NCBI RefSeq assembly: GCF_021028975.2
Contig: NC_059439.1
Location: 26,598,001-26,662,000 of the forward strand
Reading direction: 5' to 3'
From: Sphaerodactylus townsendi
Lineage: Eukaryota
Length of the DNA: 64,000 bases
The stretch's first letter is position 1; every line of letters starts with the position of its first letter. This document shows positions 1 to 10,426 of this stretch, one piece after another. A program made the position numbers and the translations under genes. Below the pieces are notes generated by a model. That model was given only the letters and a program-made list of their open reading frames with translations, had not been told where the DNA came from and did no database searches.

Positions 1-280
1 CATGAAGCGGGGGGGGGGGGCATTGCGGGGTGTACGGGGGCAGGGGAAGGAGGTTGTTGTGAATTCCCTGCGTTGTGCAGGGGGTGGGATTAGATGACCC
101 TGCGGGTCCCTTCTAACTCTATGTCTCTGTGGTTTCTGTGATTCTACCCTCGCATCCCTCTGGGAAGATAAACACACCTGTCTTCACACACAGTCATCCA
201 CACCCCCTCCTTTTCTTTGCCTGCTATTATTTGGGCTGCAATGGGCATCAATTGTTTCCCTGCGTGTCAGTCAAACTTAC

Positions 281-3200
281 CCCAGAAAAGATCCTCCTGC
301 GGAGCCCGCTGGGGTCCACCACACGCCCGTCAGGATCCAGATGCTGTTCCCACTCCTGCTCCGTGACCGGGGTTTCCCGCTGGATGCACGGCCGTTCCCC
401 CAACCGTGCCTGCTGCCGGAATAAAGCGGAAAGAGCTCTAAGGAAGCTGGCTTGTTTTGGGCCAGCACTCCAATCTGTCCAGCTCATTGGAGGGTTTTCA
501 CCCAGAGCTATCCCAGTATACACAGGTTATTGATCCCTTTTCCCACCTCTCGCTCTCCGCCTCCAACTGATTCCCTCAGCTGAAGTGGAAACTGCCTACC
601 AGAGGCCGGGGGGGCAGAAAATACACCACACACACTTACCTTAATGAAACAGTGCAGGCTGGAGAAGCGGCCCATTCCCTTCAGGCTGAAAACAGCCTGG
701 TGGGAACTATATTTCCCAGAAGACATTGCAAGCCCCAGGGTCTTATGGGAAGTGTAGTTCCCACCAGGCCGTTTTCAGCCTGAAGGGAACAGGCTGCTTT
801 TCCAGACTGAACTAAGGTAAGGGGGGGCAGGCGGGGAGGCAGGGCGCCACGAAGCGGGGTGTGTGGCGGAAAACACAGAGTGCGCACCAGGCGCACTCTA
901 GCCCAGCTACGCCTCTGCTGCCTACTTAGGGTAACAGTGGTCCAAAATCTTTGCTTGCCCCCAGGGGTGCAGGAACAGCTACCACTTGGCCCAAACTCCC
1001 TTGCCAGGTTTGCTGGTTCTGACACTTACACAGGTGATCATTTCAAAGCCCGTCTCCTCCTCGACATTGCTGGCGCCAGGGTCACCAAGGGCGTGCTGGG
1101 GGGTCCCGTCCTCATGGTGCAGAGCCCCGCGGAAGAAATTGGTGACTTTGGAAAAGCCTCCAAAGGTGGCAGCGTAAGGATCCTGCAAGAATCGCTGGGG
1201 GGGGGGGGGGGACAAAGGAGAATGGAACTGAGTCACGGAGCATCGTGATGGTGGGTTCAGGTTGCGAAGGGTGTCTCAAACTGCATTCATCTACCAGACA
1301 ACCCATGAATGCCACCCTCAGTAGAACTCTTAACCTTACAGTTTGCCCAGAATTTATTACAAATACTGCTCAGCTCTATTCTAACTCCTCCAAAAGACAA
1401 CCTAGAAAACCAGGTTCCTCTGCTCTAGCCAATGAACCCCCTCCCCTGGCATCCTGGTTCATAGCTTCTGCTCTTCCCTTCCATCACCCCCTTCGGGTGC
1501 ACTCTAATCTGGAGAATCGGGTTTGATTCCCCGCTCTGCCACTTGAGCTGTGGAGGCTTATCTGGTGAACCAGATTAGCTCGTGCACTCCGACACATGCC
1601 AGCTGGGTGACCGTGGGCTAGTCACAGTTCTTCAGAGCTCTCTCAGCCCCACCCACCTCACAGGGTGTTTGTTGTGGGAGGGTGGGGGTGGGAAGGGAAG
1701 GGAAAGGAGAGTGTAAGCCCCTTTGAATCTCCTTGCAGGAGAGAAAGGGGGGGATATAAATCCAAACTCTTCTTCCCCTCTTACTGGAATAGCTGGCATA
1801 GGGTATGGGTTACCAGTGGTGGCGAACCTTTGGCACTCCAGATGTTAAGGACTACAATTCCCATCAGCCCCTGCCAGCATGGCCAATTGGTCATGCTGGC
1901 AGGGGCTGATGGGGATTGTAGTCCTTAACATCTGGAGTGCCAAAGGTTCGCCACCACGGGGTTAGACTAAGATCTGTGAGACCCAGGTTTGAATCCCTCC
2001 TCTGCCATAAAAGCTCAGCAGGTGATTTTGACCTAATCAGAACCATTTCAACCTAACCTACCTCAAAGGGATGTTATTGTGCATATAAAAACAGAGGACG
2101 CGACTATTATGGTCTAGCTCACAGGTGTCAAACTCGCAGCCCTCCAGATGTTATGACTACAGTTCCTATCATCTGTAGTCCATAACATCCGGAGGGCTGC
2201 GAGTTTGACACCTATGGTCTAGCTCATGGGTCTTCAAACTATGGCCCTCCAGATGTTCATGGACTACAATTCCCATCAACCCCTGAAAGCATGGCCAAGT
2301 GGCAGGGCTGATGGGAATTGTAGTTCATGAACATCTGGGGGGCCATAGTTTGAAGACCCCTGGTCTAGCTTATAGTGACCCTTCTTGGGTTTTCAAGGGA
2401 AGTGATGAGCAGAAGCTGTGTGCCATTACCTGCCTCTGAACAGCATCCCTGGATTTCTTGGTGATCTCCCATCTAAGTACTAATAAGAGCTGACCCTGCT
2501 TGTACAGTACTCTGTTTTGCATAAAGGTATTAGTTTGGTCTGTTGAGGTGCAGCAGTTGAGAAAACTCTATGCTTCTGCATTAGAATACAGTCCCAAATG
2601 AACGTGAGAATTATCATTCATTTTTATGCACTGCCTTTGTCAAAATCATTATCTTGTGCATTACTGAACACGGCACTTTGTTACAATAGCATTTATGCCA
2701 AAATGTATTTTTTACCTTCAAACAGATAGGGGAAATAAGGCTAAATAAGTACTAGGACCCAAGCGGAGCATACGACAACAAAGAAGGCCCAGCATGCTTG
2801 TTCTGTGGTGGGGGAATATATAATCTACCAACATCTTTATGTGAAACAGAGCATAGCTTCCAAACTCTGCACAGTCAAGGATATTCAGCTACCCCAGATA
2901 ACTGACTCCGAGTCCCAATTCACATTCTGATTCTCCAAATATCTCCTCTGACGTGCCATACAGAGACCGGAAAAAATCTCACCGAAACGAGGTTGGAAGA
3001 ACTGTCGTCAAAGAGCTGAAGTTCATCGAAAGAGTGGGAGAGGGCATAGGAGTCGTGCGTATAAACCAAATAGAGCCGGGAATCTTTAGGGGAGCTTTTA
3101 ACAGAGAAGAGAAACAAGGAGTGAGCTTCCCCCTCAACATATTTCAAACCAGGTTACATATTCAGCACGTTAATGTGGTAGCATCCCTGCCTGGACTGTA

Positions 3201-6200
3201 CCATTCAGACATCCAGGGTGCATGTGTGTTATTTGTTTTAATGGTCCTCCCCAGGTGAAAAAACCTAGCACACAATAACAAAGGGTTCTACCACAGCACT
3301 GTTGCTCAGATATTCTTTCTCAATGTTCAGTGGTCTTTAAAAGACACATGTTCCATTTTTTAATCACCCAAGGTCCCCCAGCAGGAATGTAGGAGTGTGG
3401 AAACACATCTGGTTCACCAGAGAAGCCTCTGCCACTCAGGTGGAGGAGTGTGGAATGAAACCCGGTTCTCCAGATTAGAATCCACCAGCTCTTAACCACC
3501 GTACCACGCTGGCTCTCAAAGAGAAAAACAAAACGGAGAGGGGAGACTGTTTCCAAGAGCTTAATGGCTCACTCACATTGCTGATTCTGGATCTTCTCAG
3601 AACTAGGAGGCCTAAAATCCAGACCCTTCTAGCCTACCGGTCAAATGTAAGGTCCCCAAATGATATGAGAACAAAGAAAAACTTGCTCCACAGCCAGCAA
3701 AGTTGTGCAGTCTGGCTCAACCAGCTTAAAAGGACATTCCACCAGAAGTGCAAAATCCATCCAACTCTACACCGCCTATACCAGTGATGGCGAACCTATG
3801 GCACGGGTGCCAGAAGTGGCACTCGGAGCCCTCTCTGTGGGCACGCGCACACAGAGTTCATCATGTGGGGGGTGGAAAATCACCCCCCACACACACACAC
3901 ATCTAGGCTGGCCTGGGCCACTGAGCATGACGTGCGCACGCCGCGGTGAGCAGAGGGACTCGGATGGTGGGCCTGGTGCTTGTGCTCTGGGTGGCTGCTG
4001 CCCAAGGGGGGTGCGCAGAGGAGGCAGAGATGCTAGAGAGGCACAGAGCGGTGCGCACGGGACTTGCTGGAGGCCAGAGCAGGCTGGCCCCTGCTTGAGC
4101 AAATGAGGCGGAGGAAGAGGGAGCCAACCGTTTTTTTCTAAACTAAAACCTCAGCATTCAAGTTAAATTGCCGGGTTGGCACTTTGCAATGAATAAGTGG
4201 GGTTTGGGTTGCAATTTGGGCACTCGGTCTCGAAAAGGTTTGCCATCACTGGCCTATACTGAGTGATAACAACTCTCCAGACTTTCAAGCAGAGGAAGGT
4301 GTTTCTTACTACCTAGGATCTTTAAACTACAAACACCAAGGATGGAACCTGGAAGCCAAGGACTGTGGCACATGTGCTTTGAACTGTAGCCTCTAGCTTT
4401 GGCGGCTCTCCAAGAGCTCTGGAAGAGATCATTCCCCAGCACTGTTACTCAAGATCTTTTCATCTGGAGATGCAAGGGACTGAAGCAGGAACTTCCTGCA
4501 AGCAGGTGCGATGGCCCGCCCCCCATTTAAGGGGAACAGGTGAAGAAGCTGAGTACCAGTTTCACTCACGTGGCTAAGATGACATATTTGCAAAGAGCTT
4601 TGAGGAGTGCTTTGGTGCCCCCACGGTGGAAGTGCAGGGCCTGAATGGAGATCCCATCTTTGGTGATGAAGATGAGGTATGACCAGCCCAGACCTGGCTT
4701 GCTTTTACGGATGGATTTCAGCTCGGACAAGGGGAGAGAGAAAGCCCACTGGCCCCGTGGGATTGGCGACTTTGGCCCGGCAGCTGGTTGGAAGGGAGGG
4801 GAAATGCAGTGTTAGACAACCTTTTCTTTCCTAAGAGAATATCCCACAATCCCCTGCTACCGGCTCTTTCTCCTTCCCCATTCCTGCCCTCCTTATTTCA
4901 GATTTACCCACAGTCCAGGTCTAATTTTGATTACCATTTGTTTCCTCCTGGACCCGAGATTGAGTCCCCACTGTACTGATGACAGCCCAGTCCGGCTCAT
5001 ATCCCGGGTCAAAGATTTCTTCATCAGCTTGGCAGCCCACCGTGTCCTGACAGGCAGAGAGCAGAATTAGGAGGGAGAAAGAAGAAGAAGAAGAAGAAGA
5101 GTTTGGATTTATATCCCCCCTTTCTCTCCTGCAGGAGACTCAAAGGGGCTGACAATCTCCTTGCCCTTCCCCCCTCACAACAGACACCCTGTGAGGTAGG
5201 TGGGGTTGAGAGATCTCCGAGAAGCTGCGACTAGCCCAAGGTCACCCAGCTGGCGTGTGTGGGAGCGCACAGGCTAATCTGAATTCCCCAGAGAAGCCTC
5301 CACAGCTCAGGCGGCAGAGCTGGGAATCAAACCCGGTTCCTCCAGATTAGATGCACGAGCTCTTAACCTCCTACGCCACTGCTGCTCACAGTCCATTTCT
5401 TCGTCTTACACCAAGCTATCTAAATTTATGCTCAGACAACTGTTGTCAACCCCGCAGGGTCGTCGCTAAGGAATAGGCGAGACGCGGAGGAGGTTTCATC
5501 TGGCGGAGAGCGTCAGCAACAGGAAGCGCGGGTTTTCGTGATCTTGACAACTCTCCCCTGTGCTGGTCTCTCGCACCTTTTATTAGGGTTTCATTGTGGG
5601 CGTGTAAAGGAGGTGGGTAGGGAGATGGGCGGGAGACCGGGAGACCTGGAGATCATCATGTGATGCATGATCTCACCTGGCTACGTGCGGAGAGGAGCGT
5701 AAGCGTCTGAGCCTAATCCTCACCTGGGGGCAAGGCCATTGTCCCTGCGCCCGGTGACTGAGCCAGACAGTTCATGACCCGTGACTCATAGGGGGATGAG
5801 GAGTGGGGGTGCGGTGCGACCAGCAAGGCCGTAGGTCCGTTGGCGTCCCAACGTTCTACCACGGCGCTGCTGGGTCGGCAGTGCATCACTACATCCAACA
5901 CAACAATTTCAGTGTCATAAGAAGATTTCGACAGCGGTCAGCTGTACAATACGATTGTCAGAATTCCTACCCCACAGGAACGTAAAGACCTACTTAGTCT
6001 TTGAGACAGGAAGGGTTTAGACTCTGAACGCTGGGTTGGGAACCTCACCTTCTTGGTGAACGTTATCTGAGCAGCGTCTGAAGACTCCTCTACAGGCGTC
6101 CACTGCAGCAAAGGGTCAGAACCCTGAATTGAACAAAGGTAAGCTTGTAAGAGGCCCAGAACGTTAAAATATTCAGAGCAGCATACACAGCATAAGCATA

Positions 6201-7991
6201 AGCATTTTTATTGTCATTGTGCACGCACAACGAAATTTACAGCAGCATTCCTCGACGCACACAATTTCAGACTCATACAATTTCAGACTCATGCAATTTC
6301 AGACTCATACATCATCATCCTCCACCCATCCCTACACAGCCCCAAATACATCAATATGAAGCAGCGGAGTTTAGCATAGCCACAGCTCTAGAGTAGAAGC
6401 TGTCTCTAAGCCTCTTTGTCCTAGTTCTGAGGGCCCTGTATCGTCTGCCAGATGGTAGCAGTTTAAAAAGAGAGTGTGCTGGATGAGACGGGTCCCTTAG
6501 AATATTTTGGGCTTTATTTAGACTTCGGGCATTATAGAGTTCTTCCAAGGAGGGGAGAGGGCAGCCGATAATCCTTTGTGCAGTATTGATCACCCTTTGG
6601 AGCGCCTTCCTATTCGCCACTGTGCAACTGGAGAACCATACACAGATGCAGTAGGTTAGGACACTCTCTATAGCACAGCGGTAAAAGGACACCAGAAGTT
6701 TTCCATCTAGTTGTTGCTTCCTTAAAAGTCTCAGAAAGTACAGTCTTTGCTGGGCTTTCTTAACCACCGCGGTAGTCTGTACTCCCCAGGTCAAATCCTC
6801 TTTAATCATAACGCCCAGGAATTTAAAACTAGCCACCCGCTCCACTTGATCTCCATTTATAGTCAAGGGCTGAATTTCTGAGCTATTCCTTCTATAGTCC
6901 ACTATGAGCTCCTTTGTCTTGTTAGTGTTAAGAACCAGGTTATTTTCCCTTTTCCCACAATGACAGATAGAGTTAAAGTTATTCATCTCAAACACAGACC
7001 TATGCGCTTTATGCCTTTTGCCACAAAGAGCACAAAAAAGCTATTTGGACTATCCAACAATTTTCCTTTTTCCCGTTCTTTGCAAACCTCCCCCACAGCA
7101 TACCATTGTACAATCCTTTTCTGGGCCACTCTGAGTTCTGAGATTTCACCAGCCTGTGTTGTTTTTTTTGCAACCTTACTTTAAAAAAAGATGAAACACT
7201 CAGCAAGCTGAGTTCCATGCCAGAAATCAAGTTCTACCATCACGCAAAATGCACACAATCCGGTCAATTGCCCATTCTAAAAGTACAACCCTCACATTCC
7301 ACCAGCTCTGCTAAAATGCCTTCTTGATTCCAACCGGTAGCCCAGCTTAACCCACCTTCTCAATTATGCGGATAACCCCTGGTATGATAGAGTCCTGATC
7401 GGGGTGACGCTTTGCACTGGTATGTAGATAGACACCATCCTTTTCAAAAGCGACCTGAAGAGGAATAGAAGACAGCATGGGAAAGGGTACGGGGCTGGCC
7501 CCTCCCGAGCCCTTAGGAGATGGTAAGGTCAGCACTGAAAAAGGGTTCACTCTGACCCCAGATTGTCTTTCTCCTTGCCCCATACATGCGAGACCAAAAC
7601 CCAAAATTCATACTCATATCAATGCAGCTGAAAGGGACATTAGGTCTCACAGCAATACTAGAACATTTGGAAAGGGCAAACCTATAACTAGAATAGTGAA
7701 AGGGAGACTGTAGAAGCAACAGGAACATGTCAGATGCTGCTATTTCTCTCCCTAAATACCTAGCTCAGGAAAAGAGGATTTCCCAATCAGTCCTCCTTCC
7801 ACTCCGCTATTAAGAATGATCCTTTCCTCCCTCTTCCTTTGGAGAAAGATTCTGTCCTCCTGCTATTTTGGAGGAGGGGTGAAGCTGTCCTTCCTTTGCA
7901 TGCATCGCATCCCCGCCCTTTACAAAAAGGCTGGTGAACTACACGCCTGAGTTGCACCAGCCCGCCTTACCCTGCAGGCCCCTAACTCCAT
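281..7991 (-). CDS. TBC1D17: TBC1 domain family member 17 (Rab GAP), coding exons 1-8; 3' part lies outside the window
   Basis: Exons (- strand): 7971-7991 MELGACR, 7356-7454 VAFEKDGVYLHTSAK..., 6049-6123, 4935-5046 (FDPGYEPDWAVISTV), 4570-4783 (LSELKSIRKSKPGLGWSYL...ALHFHRGGT), 2983-3094, 1030-1194 (RFLQDPYAATFGGFSKVTNFFRGAL), 281-409. All introns are GT-AG with consistent phases. Matches recalled human TBC1D17 (MEGAGYRVVFEKGGVYLHTSAK) and is head-to-head with AKT1S1 as in human. Confidence 0.95.
600..917. mobile_element. Non-autonomous hAT-type MITE with internal palindrome
   Basis: Termini CAGAGGC...GCCTCTG with 8-bp TSD CTGCCTAC. Confidence 0.75.
1495..1780 (+). mobile_element. Squam3-like tRNA/CORE SINE
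   Basis: B-box-like GGTTTGATTCCC, CORE-like body, AAATCCAAACTCTTCTTC tail. Confidence 0.8.
1814..1959. mobile_element. Short palindromic hAT MITE
   Basis: TIR CAGTGGTGGCGAACCT; internal GGACTACAATTCCCATCAGCCCCTGCCAGCATGGCCAATTGG palindrome. Confidence 0.8.
2120..2362. mobile_element. Two tandem hAT MITEs (2120-2216, 2225-2362)
   Basis: Each has its own TIRs; GTCTAGCT occurs at 2112, 2217 and 2363. Confidence 0.85.
3782..4251. mobile_element. Non-autonomous hAT element (~470 bp family)
   Basis: TIR CAGTGATGGCGAACCT, perfect 8-bp TSD GCCTATAC. Confidence 0.88.
5080..5387 (-). mobile_element. Full-length Squam3-like SINE
   Basis: tRNA-like head with A/B boxes and (TTC)n tail. Confidence 0.85.
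5441..5900 (-). mobile_element. Solo LTR (460 bp)
   Basis: Termini TGTTG...CAACA, 4-bp TSD CAAC on both sides, AATAAA on - at ~5578-5584, CpG-rich. Confidence 0.8.
6190..6950 (-). mobile_element. 5'-truncated Rex1/Babar-like LINE (RT C-terminus, 3' UTR, (ATGCTT)n tail)
   Basis: Uninterrupted ORF NNLVLNTNKTKELIVDYRR...FKFLGV...KKAQQRLYFLR...LLPSGRRYR; ends AATGACAATAAA followed by a short tandem tail. Confidence 0.8.
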
Positions 7992-8191
7992 TCTTCCTGA
8001 CAGCGACTTCCTGAAAAACAAAACGTCACTTCCTGTCCTTCCCACACTGTTCCTCCCTCTCATCAGCTGGCGTGTCCCTTGCCGCCATCATTGTTTTGGG
8101 CATGAAGGACGCAACCCTCAACCCATTTTTACTGCGGGAGGAGGGATGCGAGCGAGAAGCTTGCTCTGCCCTGTTTAAAGAGGGCGATGTT

Positions 8192-8369
8192 NNNNNNNNN
8201 NNNNNNNNNNNNNNNNNNNNNNNNNNNNNNNNNNNNNNNNNNNNNNNNNNNNNNNNNNNNNNNNNNNNNNNNNNNNNNNNNNNNNNNNNNNNNNNNNNNN
8301 NNNNNNNNNNNNNNNNNNNNNNNNNNNNNNNNNNNNNNNNNNNNNNNNNNNNNNNNNNNNNNNNNNNNN
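8192..8369. other. Assembly gap (178 N)
   Basis: Run of N. Confidence 1.
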
Positions 8370-9012
8370 AAAGTTAATTAATCCCCTAGGGGATTGGGCG
8401 GTATAGAAATTTAAACAATAAATAAAAATAAACAATAAATAAGGTATAAAGCCCCAGTATAATAATACAACAAAGCACTGAAGGAGTAGAGAAATAAACG
8501 GAAGGGGGAACCAAAAGCATTTGCCAACTTCAGGGGAAATGTGGAGACGGCAGTACCTCCTACTTGTTAACGCATATTGCCTTCATCCATCTCCTTTGCA
8601 AAGCTGCCAGAGAGAAGGAAAAGAGCGCATCAACCTTTCGCATCCTTCCCATTTAGCCAGAGCACTGGACTACACTGCATGGTTGTTGCAACGACAGTTT
8701 TACACCTCCGTTACCTCGCCCCCTTAATCTGCACTATGGGGGAGTAAACAGCATTGGAGGGTTTTTTTAAAAAAAAGATCTGCAGCATGGTCACCACACC
8801 TCACAGTCACTCTCTTCTCCTCCCTCCAGCTACACTACAGATGCGATACTGTCACACAGTTCCGACCTATCTCCTCCACTATCTATTTCAAGGACCTTCG
8901 ACATGACAGCTTGGCATACACTTTAAAATTCATATTTGTCTCCACACAAGAAGATCTGAGAGTTCAACTGCAGCTAGGATTGTAACCGGGATGTCTCCCT
9001 TACATCCTAGGA

Positions 9013-9131
9013 CAGTGGTGGCGAACCTACGGCACTCCAGATGTTCATGGACTACAATTCCCATCAGCCCCTGCCAGCATGGCCAATTGTAGTCCATGAA
9101 CATCCGGAGAGCCATAGGTTCGCCACCACTG
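9013..9131. mobile_element. Short hAT MITE in the bidirectional promoter
   Basis: TIR CAGTGGTGGCGAACCT, perfect TSD TCCTAGGA. Confidence 0.88.
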
Positions 9132-10426
9132 TCCTAGGAACAGCTGTCTCTTTCGCACCGTTAAGGAGTTAAAAAACCATGGCGACAAGAGTAAGCCGGA
9201 AATCCGGTCGCTCTTTCCTTCCTATTTAGTCGAATGGGTGGCCCTTACCAGGTTCTCCCCCCGATTCATATATCTCTGTGCCGGGAGCCTTGAGGCTTCT
9301 TTCGCCATCTTTGTTACGGGTCACTTTCTCCTGCGTCCCACGTTAGTGGCAGTTTTTTGCGACCGCCATCTTTGTTTAGGGAACAATGGCCTTCTGCCTC
9401 CATCTTTTCCTTGGGCACTTCCCCTCCCCCCTCTCTGCGCCATCTTTGTAAAGGGCGCAGCGTGGACGACGTCCTCATGTCTTGTGAGGGCAGCCGGAGG
9501 AGGCGGATCTTTGGGAAGGGGGAGGAGAAGAAGGCTTGTTGTTTGGAGGTGGAGGGGGGCTTAAGTGTCCCAGGAGGGGTTAAAGGTGAGAGGTCAGGAT
9601 TCGGAGGGGTGAGCCTGTATGTGGGAAGGGTGAGCTTGGGGAGGGAGCTCAGAAGGTAATGCCCCCCCCCCCATTCCATCCTTACTATCTCCTAAGGGCT
9701 CGGGAGGGGCCAGCCCCGTACCCTTTTCCATGCTTACTCTCCCCTCCCTTTAATGTTGTTGGTTCAGTGATGTCTCCCCCCTTTCGTGGCATGCCTGTAA
9801 CATTTTGCTTCCTTGCCAGATAATCCAACAGCCTCGGTCTCCTATTCTTACTCTTGCTTCTTCTGCAAGGAATCCTGGAGTTTTAATGGTTTGGGTTTCT
9901 CTGCTGCAGCCTGCTAAATTGCATGCCCCTCCCAGGGAGTCCTGGGAACTACCAAGCCCACTAGCTCCTCTGAGTAGACCTTGGACCTCTAGCCCCTTCC
10001 AAGTCCACTGGCCCCTTTGAGCAGCCTGAGGAGTCCTTGGCTCCTTTCCTAGCTCCTCTGAGCAGACCCTGGGCTTGTAATGCCTCCCCAACGGAGGAGA
10101 CCTAATTCCTGTGTTCTTGCTTTGCCCCTCTGTGCAGACCTAGAGCCTCTAGTACTTTTCAAGCCCGCTAGTTCCTTACTGCAGACCCGTGAGTTCTTGG
10201 TACTCAGGGGAAAAGAACCAGAATGTCCCGACTTCTTCCCTCCTCCAAGCCAGGAACTCTTGCTTCCCTTTGACAGAACCCAGGAGTTCTGATTTCTGGT
10301 CCTGATTGCTCCACCTACTTGACTGAAGGCTCCCCTGGAACCCTTCCCTGATCCCCAGCTTTCCCTGGAAGAAGCAGGAATCTGGTAGTAACCCACATAT
10401 CCCTTTTCCTCTTGTTCTCTTGTAGG

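Larger units (their letters stand above)
7992..9500. promoter_or_regulatory. Bidirectional promoter region TBC1D17 / AKT1S1
   Basis: Lies between divergent genes. ETS-CRE composite CAGGAAGTGACGT (- strand, ~8023-8035), ETS CCGGAAAT at ~9196, YY1-type CGCCATCTTTGT at 9303, 9364 and 9438. Locally CpG-rich. Confidence 0.7.

Noticed and set aside
8072-8435. ORFs spanning the N run
   Set aside because: Artefacts of the assembly gap.
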